Source: Candidatus Bathyarchaeia archaeon (lineage in GTDB: Archaea; Thermoproteota; Bathyarchaeia; Bathyarchaeales; Bathycorpusculaceae). From it: a stretch of DNA of 64,000 nucleotides. Positions 18,580 through 30,875 of this stretch are shown piece by piece (position 1 is the first letter of the stretch; the number at the start of each line of letters is the position of its first letter). Made by a program: the position numbers and the translations under genes. The notes beneath the pieces were generated by a model. The model was not told where the DNA came from. It searched no databases and worked only from the letters and a program-made list of their open reading frames with translations. The stretch is from assembly GCA_050010515.1 (NCBI GenBank), contig JBEKKX010000005.1, forward strand, positions 1-64,000, read 5' to 3'.

Positions 18580-20431
18580 CAAAGAATGCTTCACAGACTT
18601 TGAAGACAAATTTCACGCAAGGTTAGCGGCAGTTATGCCCCGTTACGTTGGCGGCGACGGCGGCGACTCAAAAGTTACTGGCACAAGCGCACGCTACCAA
18701 TGCCGAGTCAAAATAGAGTACCAAAAAGACTTGATGGGGCTGCTTGAAGAAGGCATGTTGTTAGCGGTTAAGAATTTTAAGCCTGCAATCAGTGGCGTCG
18801 AGCGGTATACGCTTATGGAGATTAGCCGTGTTTGGCCTGAACACTTTGGTCTTCGCGGATTAAGTGATCATGGTTATTATCCGATGCAGTTTGAAATAAT
18901 CGAGCAGTCGGAAGCAGATTGGCAGACCGATGACAAGTCAACGATGATGATTCAAATTGACGCCATTCCCATCAACTATGACTTAATCGTTAAGGATGAT
19001 TGCACGTTTGAGTTTGTTAAGGGCTTCTCATACCCCATAGTTGGCAGTCCCATTCTTATTTTGAACAGTGAAATGATTAACCGCATGTACAACCAGAAAA
19101 TCGCCGCTCAATTGGGTATTGACACAGCAAAATCGGTTGAAGATGCCCGTGTGGACCCAAGGCTTGGCACAATTAAAATGTTCGAAGCAGCCAAAACGAA
19201 AATCCCCATATACGTTGACTTCGAAAAATTAATTCGATACCACTTCGGAGTTTTCGCCTTCACTGGCGGCGGCAAAAGCAACTTAATGTCCAACGTTCTA
19301 AGGCGAATAATGCTTCATATGAACGAGAAGAAAATCGTGATTTTCGACATCAGCTGCGAGTATGCTTTTCTCTTGCTTGACGTGCTTGCTGACCCAGCTG
19401 TGAAGGCTAAGCTGGTTCTTGAGCACAGAATCGATTCTTTGGACCAATTCTACAACTCAATTGTTAAGCCACGTGAATACGAGAGTGACTTGCGCACGAA
19501 AGCTGGTTTGCAGACAATTATGGATCAAGACAAGTTGTCTTATTATACGAAGCCTAAGCAGAAAATTCCAACTTATGGCCAGTTTATGGAAGAACTTGAT
19601 GATCAACGGAAGGATTCGATTGGCAGACCGCATTACATTAACGCTATTGATGCGATTCATGATGCGGTTCGTCAATGGGTTGAGAAGCAGGGCTTAAGTG
19701 AAAATCAGGAAGTCAGTGAAGACTTCATTGTCCATATTGACGAGGTAGCGCGAAATGCCATGGAAACCTTCAAGGTAAATGACAAAGCTGGACTATACGC
19801 TTGGGCAACAACCCGAAGCACAATACTGGACCTCTTCAAGAAGCGCCAGCAAAACACCGAGAAAGCAGCGGCTGGATTAACGGTTGAAGGCATAAGACAA
19901 CTGCTCGAAGACAAAGACACCAACCTCGTAGTAATCTCAATCAGCGACCCCTTCACCATCAAAGAACTCGCCATAGCTTTGACCCAAGACTTGCTTGTAC
20001 GCAGAAAACGCCGCTTCACAGTAAAACCCTACATTCTACTAGTCTTCGACGAGGCGCAGGAGTTCATCAGCAGCAAAGAAGGTGGGATAGACGGCAAATG
20101 CTCCGCACATGTAGAAACGCTGCTCCGCCAAGGACGCAAATACGGTTTAGGCGTCTGCATAGCCACTCAACGCATCGCTTACCTAAACACTAACGCGCTT
20201 CAGCAACTGCACACCTACTTCGTCGGCACCCTACCACGACCATACGATAGGGCACTGGTGAGCGAGACATTCATGATAGACAAGGGCATCTTGGAGAAGA
20301 CGCTGGAGTTTGCGCCAGGCGAATGGCTCCTATCAAGCTACATTGCAACGGGAATGGAGAACGTGCCCATATTCATTAAAGCAGACAACGCAGAGAAGGA
20401 AATAGAACGCTATCTGAAAGGCAAATCATAG
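18533..20431 (+). CDS. herA: HerA/FtsK-family ATPase (DUF87)
   Basis: HFGVFAFTGGGKS, IFDISCEY, FDEAQEF, RQGRKYGLG..ATQR. Confidence 0.88.
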   Translation: MRGEQVLNKQEEKTVNKECFTDFEDKFHARLAAVMPRYVGGDGGDSKVTGTSARYQCRVKIEYQKDLMGLLEEGMLLAVKNFKPAISGVERYTLMEISRVWPEHFGLRGLSDHGYYPMQFEIIEQSEADWQTDDKSTMMIQIDAIPINYDLIVKDDCTFEFVKGFSYPIVGSPILILNSEMINRMYNQKIAAQLGIDTAKSVEDARVDPRLGTIKMFEAAKTKIPIYVDFEKLIRYHFGVFAFTGGGKSNLMSNVLRRIMLHMNEKKIVIFDISCEYAFLLLDVLADPAVKAKLVLEHRIDSLDQFYNSIVKPREYESDLRTKAGLQTIMDQDKLSYYTKPKQKIPTYGQFMEELDDQRKDSIGRPHYINAIDAIHDAVRQWVEKQGLSENQEVSEDFIVHIDEVARNAMETFKVNDKAGLYAWATTRSTILDLFKKRQQNTEKAAAGLTVEGIRQLLEDKDTNLVVISISDPFTIKELAIALTQDLLVRRKRRFTVKPYILLVFDEAQEFISSKEGGIDGKCSAHVETLLRQGRKYGLGVCIATQRIAYLNTNALQQLHTYFVGTLPRPYDRALVSETFMIDKGILEKTLEFAPGEWLLSSYIATGMENVPIFIKADNAEKEIERYLKGKS

Positions 20432-20539
20432 CTTATTTGTCTGCCTTTTGGAGGTAATTTGGCTCAAAAGATTTAACCCAGAGTTACATGAGTAATGGCA
20501 ACAATCAAGGGATAGATTTGCAATGATTCGAGGTTTAAG

Positions 20540-22093
20540 ATGAAAAAACGCTTGGCAATTTTTCTGGCATTGGCTATAATTGTTGTTATTGTTGTGTCAG
20601 CATTTGCCGCCATGGAAATTTACGGCTCCTTTTCCGCTCCTGTTGCAAGTAAGAAGCCGTTTTACGTCGGCGTGACTTACTGTGGCGATAATGTCACTGA
20701 AGCTGAGCAGTTAATTGACAGGGTTAAGACTTACACTAACCTGTTTGTAGTGCAATCCGGGCCCTTGATGGATAACGGTACCGCCTTGGAGCAGATATGC
20801 GACTACGCCGTTAACTCAGGATTAAACATCATAGTGTATATGGCTAATGGGGTCACCACAATCAATGTGCCTTCTTTCCTCGACAGCGCTCAAGCAAGCT
20901 GGGGCAGCCACTTCTTAGGAATGTACTATGACGATGAACCAGGCGGGAAAATGCTTGACTCCACAGTGAACCTTTACATTAACAATGAGAGGGTAACAAA
21001 GCAGCAAATGGGTGCGCCCTTGACGGTTAATTACGACAATTCTACCGGTTTCGTGTTGTTCTGGCCTTCAGGACAAATAACGACTTCGATTGGTTCAACC
21101 ACTAACGAGACAGTCAACGGCATCAGCAATGTAACTGTCACCAAGAACGCTTCTATCAATTACTATCCAAACGGCACAATCACCAGTTCACCGGACCAAA
21201 CTTCAAACTACCCTAACGGCACGTCTGTATATGTTTACGAAGATCAGATAACTTACCAGCCGAATGGGGAAGTCATCAACGGAACCGAAGTCGTAATGAC
21301 TGGATATCCAAACGGCACTTACGTCACAAATCGAAACCAACCTATAAGCAACCCAGGCAATATTTCCCAGTTTGAACCATATCAGGAACTTTGGGATTCA
21401 AGGCCACTGCAAACTTACAATGAAGCAGCAAACGCCTTTGTGAGTACAGAGCAGCAAACCCTAAGCTCAATCGGTAACCAATCGGATATTAACCTGTTCA
21501 CTTCGGACTATGGGCTCTACTGGTTTGACTACCTAGGAGGCTACAATACTGTGTTCGCCGAGTTATTTGGAACGCAAACTGACGCCCAGACTCTAGCTTT
21601 AGTTAGGGGCGCCGCAGACATGCAAGATAAGAGTTGGGGAGCAATGATAGAATGGGCTAATAGGGCGTCGATTTCCCTGCAAACCGGCGACCAAATGTAC
21701 AGTGAAATGAAGCAATCCTATGAGAGTGACGCTGAATACGTTATCGTCTTCAATTACTCACCGAGTGATAATGGCACTGGGCTCTTGCAAGACGAGCAAT
21801 TTGGCGCAATCCAGAGGTTCTGGACGGATGTTGTGCAGAATCCCAAGGACACCAACAATGTGACAGCGCAGGATGCATTAGTTTTGCCTAACGATTACGG
21901 TTGGGGCATGCGAAACCAAAACGACACCATATGGGGCCTATGGCAACCCGACAACAGCTCACAACAAGTTTGGAACGCTCTGCAGGCGTCGCTCTCAAAA
22001 TACGGCTCAAAACTGGACATAATCTACGATGACCCAGCCTACCCAACGGCAGGACGGTACCAACATGTTATCTATTGGAACCAAACCATCTAA
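20540..22093 (+). CDS. Secreted/membrane-anchored hypothetical protein with YPNG-repeat insert
   Basis: N-terminal TM, YYDDEPGG, FTSDYGLYWFDY; four YPNG/QPNG repeats. Confidence 0.65.
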   Translation: MKKRLAIFLALAIIVVIVVSAFAAMEIYGSFSAPVASKKPFYVGVTYCGDNVTEAEQLIDRVKTYTNLFVVQSGPLMDNGTALEQICDYAVNSGLNIIVYMANGVTTINVPSFLDSAQASWGSHFLGMYYDDEPGGKMLDSTVNLYINNERVTKQQMGAPLTVNYDNSTGFVLFWPSGQITTSIGSTTNETVNGISNVTVTKNASINYYPNGTITSSPDQTSNYPNGTSVYVYEDQITYQPNGEVINGTEVVMTGYPNGTYVTNRNQPISNPGNISQFEPYQELWDSRPLQTYNEAANAFVSTEQQTLSSIGNQSDINLFTSDYGLYWFDYLGGYNTVFAELFGTQTDAQTLALVRGAADMQDKSWGAMIEWANRASISLQTGDQMYSEMKQSYESDAEYVIVFNYSPSDNGTGLLQDEQFGAIQRFWTDVVQNPKDTNNVTAQDALVLPNDYGWGMRNQNDTIWGLWQPDNSSQQVWNALQASLSKYGSKLDIIYDDPAYPTAGRYQHVIYWNQTI

Positions 22094-22257
22094 CGCTCCC
22101 AATATCATAATTTTTTCTTAGGGCTATTTTTCTTGGACCCATTTAGTACAGCTTAGGCTTTTTAAGATCTGTATCTAAAAAGAAAGTAAAGCGAAGAAGC
22201 GAAAGAAAAAAATACTTTAATGTATGCTTTTATCATATTCTATCTGAAGCGTTTTGC

Positions 22258-22689
22258 ATGACCACGAAGTTATCCAAATCTGACGTTTCATTCATCCAGC
22301 AACTACCTGTGTGCCGACTTGCAACAGTAACTGAGGATTGTGAGCCTGTGGTGAGGCCTGTTTGGCCCGTTTTTGACGGCGTATTTATCTATATAGCGTC
22401 TGACCCTGAAACTCCCAAGCTGGAGCACATAGAAGGAAACCCTGAAGTTTCATTGGTCTTTGATGATTATGACAGAAACAACTGGTCTAACGTCAAAGGC
22501 GTCCGTGTTCAGGGAGAAGCAACCGTCCTTTGGAGGGGCAAAGAATACGTTTATGCGCATGATCTTCTCAAAGAAAAGTATCCTGAGTACCAAACTGAGG
22601 AAGGCGGTTGGAAAGAAGGCGACATACCAATAATCAAGATAACGCCAACATCTTTCACGAAATGGACATCTGGCGAATGGACAAAATAA
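22258..22689 (+). CDS. Pyridoxamine 5'-phosphate oxidase-like (F420/FMN-binding) protein
   Basis: CRLATV...PVW...KL..I..NPEVSLVFD...GVRVQG. Confidence 0.85.
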   Translation: MTTKLSKSDVSFIQQLPVCRLATVTEDCEPVVRPVWPVFDGVFIYIASDPETPKLEHIEGNPEVSLVFDDYDRNNWSNVKGVRVQGEATVLWRGKEYVYAHDLLKEKYPEYQTEEGGWKEGDIPIIKITPTSFTKWTSGEWTK

Positions 22690-22725
22690 TCACTCGCTAA
22701 AAAAAAATAGTTTCTTTAAAAACAT

Positions 22726-22818
22726 CTCGCAAAATATGGTTCAAAACTGGATATTGTTTATGTTGACGCTGCCTATCAAGCGGCAGAGCGGTATCAGCAA
22801 GTTTACTATTGGAACTGA
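22726..22818 (+). pseudogene. 3'-end remnant of a paralog of the 20540-22093 gene
   Basis: Encodes KYGSKLDIVYVDAAYQAAERYQQVYYWN* versus KYGSKLDIIYDDPAYPTAGRYQHVIYWNQTI*. Confidence 0.8.
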
Positions 22819-22899
22819 AAAAAATTAAAAAACAAAAACTAGCCATTTACGCTATATAATAATTTAAATAATCAGAAAGCCAAATAGATTTGAGAAAGA

Positions 22900-23094
22900 A
22901 TGACGATTGAAGTTGATTTAAAAGAAATAAAGAATCTTCTTTCAGAAGTAAACAAAAAACTCGATGAACTGCTAGAAGAAAAGGACACCTATGCGCTTAT
23001 GAGTCTGGCAGAGAAATCTCTCAAGGATTTTCTTGAAAAAGAACCCGATATTTACTCTGTAAAAGATATCAAAGCAAAGGTTACGTGCAATTGA
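22900..23094 (+). CDS. Small antitoxin of a MazEF/PemIK-type pair
   Basis: LAEKSLKDFLEKEPDIYS motif; overlaps the PemK-like pseudogene. Confidence 0.7.
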   Translation: MTIEVDLKEIKNLLSEVNKKLDELLEEKDTYALMSLAEKSLKDFLEKEPDIYSVKDIKAKVTCN

Positions 23095-23420
23095 AGGGAA
23101 AAAATAGTCCTCATTCCATTTCCGTTTACTGATTTAACAGCTAATAAGTTAAGACCAGTCCTCGTTCTATACGAAGGAGAAAAAGACATCGTAGTAGCTT
23201 TCATATCTTCAAGAACAGAGAAAAACAGACAACTGACATTATTATTGGCGAAAATCATCCAGAATTTAAACAAACCGGACTCAAACTAACATCAGCCATA
23301 AAACTCGATAAAATAGCAACTATATCCAAAGACTTAATCCTTGGAGAAATAGGTGAAGTAGGCGCAAAACTCAAAAAAGAGATAAACCGTAAATTTTCAG
23401 AAGTATATACGCTTAATTAA
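23091..23420 (+). pseudogene. MazF/PemK toxin with two frameshifts
   Basis: Reconstructs to MKGKIVLIPFPFTDLTANKLRPVLV...VAFISS...TGLKLTSAIKLDKIATI; extra A at 23099-23104 and a missing base near 23221-23231. Confidence 0.8.
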
Positions 23421-23660
23421 CAAGAATCGTAAGTTTACTTTATTTTTCTCCTTTAACAATGCCTATTCTTCCCACCGTAAACGGCAACTTCAAAACCCCA
23501 GGAATAAACGGAGCATTTCGCGTTTCTACAAACTCCACTTTGGTTATTCCCCAGCTTTCTATGGTTGCAACCAACTCGTCCATGTCACCGTAAATTTGTT
23601 TTCATAAAAAATCTTATATCTAAGTGATTGTTCCTTTCTAACTGGAAGTTGTGATTATTT

Positions 23661-24641
23661 ATGGCTGTTAAAACAACCCCCGATTATATAGACTTACTAA
23701 ACAAAGCAGTTGAACGTGAAATTGGTGTTTCAATCCAGTATATACTTCAACATGGAAAAATGGAAAAGCTCGTGCGCAGAACCATCCCTGAAAACATTCT
23801 TCTGGACAAAACCACTTATGACGCCGTTGGAAAGTTCCTAAGAGAAATTGCAATCCAAGAGATGAAACATGCCGCAAGCATAATGGAGCGCATTTACTAT
23901 CTTGGTGGACAAGCAACAACTAAATCAGGCAAACCAGGCATTGGCGACAGCATAAGCGAATTTGCTAAACTAGGCGTGAAAGCTGAAGAAGAAGCGTTAA
24001 CGCTCTACCGCCAAATCATCGAGACCGCTGGAAAAATGGGCGATTGGGAAACACGTGAACTCTTCGAAAAAATCTACGGCGAAGAAGAAGGACACTTATT
24101 CAAATTCCAAGAATACACAAAGTTCCAAGACGAAAAAGAAGAACCAAGCAAAGTGCCACTGCCCGAATGGCGCAAAATATACACAGACGATTACTTTAGA
24201 CTCTTAAACAAAGCTGTCTCAGCGGAAATCACTGGGATTATCCAGTATACGAATCAGCATGAGAAAGCAGCTTTTCTTGAACTCCGAATGAAGAACACAC
24301 CGCTAGAAACCGTAACTGAAACCAACAAAGCCGACGTAGTAAGCAAGATACTGAAAGGAATCTTCATGCAAGAAATGGATCATCTAGAAAAAATCAGCGA
24401 ACGCATTTACCTACTTGAAGGCGAAGCAACGTATAAACCAGATCCGCTTCCAGTTGTCGGCGAAACAACTATGGATTCCCTACGCTTAGATCATGCATTG
24501 GAAAGTAGCGCAATATCTCTGTACCGGCAAATCATTGCTGAAGCACTCAAACGTGGCGACACAACAACTAGACGCATGTTTGAAGACATAGTAATCCAAG
24601 AAGAAGACCACTTCTGGACATTCGATGACTTCGTAAGATAA
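23661..24641 (+). CDS. Tandem (double) ferritin/bacterioferritin-like protein
   Basis: Two copies of LLNKAV..EI...IQY..QH / QEMxH / EExH. Confidence 0.85.
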   Translation: MAVKTTPDYIDLLNKAVEREIGVSIQYILQHGKMEKLVRRTIPENILLDKTTYDAVGKFLREIAIQEMKHAASIMERIYYLGGQATTKSGKPGIGDSISEFAKLGVKAEEEALTLYRQIIETAGKMGDWETRELFEKIYGEEEGHLFKFQEYTKFQDEKEEPSKVPLPEWRKIYTDDYFRLLNKAVSAEITGIIQYTNQHEKAAFLELRMKNTPLETVTETNKADVVSKILKGIFMQEMDHLEKISERIYLLEGEATYKPDPLPVVGETTMDSLRLDHALESSAISLYRQIIAEALKRGDTTTRRMFEDIVIQEEDHFWTFDDFVR

Positions 24642-24730
24642 AACAAAATCCACTCTTTCCTTTTATTCACAAAAATTTAAGAGAAAAGGTTATCCGAAAA
24701 CTTAATTCCGAAGGTTCTCCAAACATAAAT

Positions 24731-24886
24731 ATGGCAGAGGCGAAGTTGATGGCAGAAAAAAATAAGCCTCGTTGCATGAACTGCGGAAACTTTATCGACG
24801 ATTGTAATTGTGTATGTCCATACTGCGGAGAGAAGGCAAAATGCACTTGCTGTATAGGCACCGATAAAGCAGCAGGCGGCGGGTAA
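24731..24886 (+). CDS. Small Cys-rich protein (9 Cys) ending in GGG; not in the ORF track
   Basis: MAEAKLMAEKNKPRCMNCGNFIDDCNCVCPYCGEKAKCTCCIGTDKAAGGG*; alternative start at 24749. Confidence 0.7.
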   Translation: MAEAKLMAEKNKPRCMNCGNFIDDCNCVCPYCGEKAKCTCCIGTDKAAGGG

Positions 24887-24926
24887 ATCATCCACTCTGT
24901 ATAAAATTATTCAAAGGTGAAACAGC

Positions 24927-27807
<2,881 letters not shown>

Positions 27808-28049
27808 AAAAATAGTTGCCTCATAAAAGAGGCGTAAGAAGCCTCTCTTTTCTTACTTCCTTAAGTATCAATTTACCGCTTATAAAGCGCTATTTCCACA
27901 ATCGATATATGTCCAATAAAAAAGTGCTTTAGGCTTATTTCTGCTTCGTCGGAACAGCAGCATTTGCCCCCCCCCATATTTTGCGCCTTATTTTTTTGGA
28001 GTTAGCCAAGCTGGACTAGAAATAAACAGGGATGAGTGCCTTATTTTAA

Positions 28050-28236
28050 TTATATTTATGCGCAAGCCTTAACCCAACTAGTATTTACGCTAAAATAGGT
28101 TTTTTTGGGAAAAAAAGGTTTTTCTGGATTATTTTATTTTATCTTTTTTGTTTATTTTCTATGGAACTATTGTTGTCTCTATAGGCTATATTTCCAGTTT
28201 AATGTTGAATTAACTTATATATGCGCTAAATGTAGT
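28050..28236. repeat. ~185-bp intergenic segment duplicated at 60000-60187
   Basis: tgcgcaagccttaacc.aactagtattt...tattttattttatcttttttgtttatttt...gtctctatag...cttatatatgc shared between both copies. Confidence 0.88.
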
Positions 28237-28270
28237 GTGTAGAATAGCTTGTTGACACTACATATATAAC
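28223..28270. promoter_or_regulatory. Two NrdR boxes 32 bp apart, downstream of TATA (cttatatat)
   Basis: ACACTACATTTAGCGC (minus, 28223-28238) and ACACTACATATATAAC (28255-28270) resemble acaCwAtATaTwGtg. Confidence 0.75.
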
Positions 28271-28291
28271 AAAGCACGAGTATGTTAACCT

Positions 28292-28738
28292 ATGAGATGT
28301 CCCTACTGCAACTCTGAAAATTCCAAAACCTTAGAAACGCGCGATTCCCCAGAGAATACTACGCGCAGACGCAGAGAATGCATCAGTTGCGGAAAACGCT
28401 TCACGACCTACGAGTACGTGGAAACCGTGGAGCTTATGGTGAGAAAAAAAGACGGCAGGCTTGAACGCTTCGATGTTAACAAGATGATCCGTGGCTTGCA
28501 GAAAGCATGCGAGAAAAGGCCTGTAACCATGAATCAAATCAACGAGTTAGCAGATCAAGTGAGGCAGGACGTTATGCTTAAAGGCACTGAGGAAGTCTCA
28601 TCCCAAGAAATCGGAGATTTAGTCATGAAGCACCTAAAAAAAGTCGACCGCATAGCATACATTCGGTTTGCTTCAGTTTACAAGAAGTTTGAAGAGCCTG
28701 AGGACTTCAGGCGGTTACTCCTTGAGGTGAAAAAATGA
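28292..28738 (+). CDS. nrdR: Transcriptional repressor NrdR
   Basis: MRCPYC...RRRREC..CGKRFTTYE, ATP cone, AYIRFASVY. Confidence 0.95.
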   Translation: MRCPYCNSENSKTLETRDSPENTTRRRRECISCGKRFTTYEYVETVELMVRKKDGRLERFDVNKMIRGLQKACEKRPVTMNQINELADQVRQDVMLKGTEEVSSQEIGDLVMKHLKKVDRIAYIRFASVYKKFEEPEDFRRLLLEVKK

Positions 28739-30861
28739 AGTTTGTATTAAAACGTGATAGTAAATTAGAATCCTTCGACCAAGAACGTATAACAAACGCT
28801 ATTTGGAAAGCCGCTAAAGCAGTAGGCGGAAGAGACAAAGAGCTAGCAAAACGCTTAAGCGACGAAGTAGTGGCTGAACTGCAAAAAATTTACGGCGACG
28901 ACGGAGTGCCTACAGTTGAGGAAATCCAAGATGTCGTTGAAAAACGTTTAATTGAAAACGGACATGCACAAACGGCGAAAGCGTACATTCTCTATAGGAA
29001 ACAGCATACTGACATGCGTGAGTTAGCAGCATTGCTGAGCTCCTCAGACATGGTGGACCAGTACCTTGAGGTTGAGGACTGGCGGGTTAAAGAAAACAGC
29101 AATATGAGCTATTCCCTGCAGGGATTGAACAATTATCTATCATCCACTGTGATAGCTAAGTACTGGATATCAAGGATTTACCCCAAAAATATTGCTGATG
29201 CACACTTTTCAGGCGACATGCATATTCACGATTTAGGCGTATTAGGAGCATACTGTGTCGGCTGGGATGTAAGCGAGCTACTGCTTTCAGGATTCGGCGG
29301 TGTATCAGGTAAAATTGAGAGCAAACCTGCCAAACATTTTCGCACAGCATTGGGTCAGGTTGTGAACTTTTTCTATACGTTGCAGGGTGAAGCAGCAGGA
29401 GCACAGGCGTTTAGCAACTTTGATACTTACCTTGCTCCATTCATAAGATATGATAAATTGACACAGAAGGAGGTTGAGCAGGCACTTCAGGAATTTTTCT
29501 TCAACATGAACGTGCCGACCCGTGTGGGTTTCCAGACACCGTTTACAAATTTAACGTTAGATCTGACTGTGCCAGACTTCATGAAGAACGAGGCGGTTCT
29601 TTTCAATGGAAGGATAACCCAAGACACATACGGCGACATGACTAAGGAAATGGAAATGTTCAATTTAGCCTTCGCAGAAGTCATGCGGCAAGGCGATTCG
29701 AAAGGCAGAGTTTTCACTTTCCCAATTCCCACGTACAACATAACTAAAGATTTCAATTGGGATTCACCTGTAGCCCAAGCCCTCTTTGAAGTCACAGCCA
29801 AGTATGGTGTGCCGTACTTCTCGAACTTTGTTAACAGTGACATGAAACCTGAAGATGTGCGCAGTATGTGCTGCCGCCTAAGAATAGACAACCGCGAGTT
29901 ACGCAAACGGGGCGGCGGATTCTTCGGCGCCAACCCATTAACAGGCAGCATAGGCGTTGTTACCTTGAACATTCCAAGAATCGGCTACTTATCCAAGGAT
30001 GAGGACGAATTCTTTGAGCGTTTAGAAAACCTGATGGAAGTTGCAAAATCAAGTTTGGAAATTAAGCGTAAAGTTCTTGAAGCGTTTACAGATAACGGTT
30101 TATACCCGTATTCACGGCGTTACCTGCATCATGTGAAAGAAGGCTATGGCAAGTATTGGAAGAACCACTTTTCCACAATAGGCATAGTAGGAGTGAATGA
30201 AGCAATCATAAACTTGCTAGGGCAAAATATTGCATCGCATGATGGACAAGCTTTCGCCGTTAAAATGTTAAATTTCATGCGGAACCATTTAGCAGATTAT
30301 CAAGAGGAAACAGGCAGCATCTACAATCTCGAAGCAACCCCTGCTGAAGGTACATCTTACAGGCTTGCCCGCATAGACAAACGCCGATACAAAGACATTA
30401 TATTCGCTAACCAAAAACAAGTAATCGCAGACCATGCAGAACCATTCTACACAAATTCTTCCCAGCTACCTGTTGACTTTGCCGGCGACCTCTTCGAAGC
30501 GCTGGAGCATCAAGAAACTTTGCAGACGCTCTACACTGGAGGTACCGTGTTTCACATTTTCCTTGGTGAGAGGCTTAACTCCTGGAAATCTGCCGCCGAA
30601 TTAATCAAAAAAGTAGCTTGGAACTCAAAGCTGCCCTACTTCACGTTAACGCCGACTTTCAGTGTTTGCCCAACCCACGGCTACACAAACGGCGAACACA
30701 AGCAATGCCCAACCTGCGGAGCAAACTGCGAAGTTTATTCACGAGTAGTCGGCTACCTACGGCCAGTTGACCAATGGAATGATGGAAAACAAGCAGAATT
30801 CGCAATACGCAAAACCTTCGACCGATCAACCATAATGACTCCAGCATCCTTAACAGCTTAA
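28735..30861 (+). CDS. nrdD: Class III anaerobic ribonucleoside-triphosphate reductase
   Basis: ATP cone, SMCCRL, EATPAEG, YSRVVGY glycyl-radical motif. Confidence 0.95.
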   Translation: MKFVLKRDSKLESFDQERITNAIWKAAKAVGGRDKELAKRLSDEVVAELQKIYGDDGVPTVEEIQDVVEKRLIENGHAQTAKAYILYRKQHTDMRELAALLSSSDMVDQYLEVEDWRVKENSNMSYSLQGLNNYLSSTVIAKYWISRIYPKNIADAHFSGDMHIHDLGVLGAYCVGWDVSELLLSGFGGVSGKIESKPAKHFRTALGQVVNFFYTLQGEAAGAQAFSNFDTYLAPFIRYDKLTQKEVEQALQEFFFNMNVPTRVGFQTPFTNLTLDLTVPDFMKNEAVLFNGRITQDTYGDMTKEMEMFNLAFAEVMRQGDSKGRVFTFPIPTYNITKDFNWDSPVAQALFEVTAKYGVPYFSNFVNSDMKPEDVRSMCCRLRIDNRELRKRGGGFFGANPLTGSIGVVTLNIPRIGYLSKDEDEFFERLENLMEVAKSSLEIKRKVLEAFTDNGLYPYSRRYLHHVKEGYGKYWKNHFSTIGIVGVNEAIINLLGQNIASHDGQAFAVKMLNFMRNHLADYQEETGSIYNLEATPAEGTSYRLARIDKRRYKDIIFANQKQVIADHAEPFYTNSSQLPVDFAGDLFEALEHQETLQTLYTGGTVFHIFLGERLNSWKSAAELIKKVAWNSKLPYFTLTPTFSVCPTHGYTNGEHKQCPTCGANCEVYSRVVGYLRPVDQWNDGKQAEFAIRKTFDRSTIMTPASLTA

Positions 30862-30875
30862 GAGGAAATGTAAAA

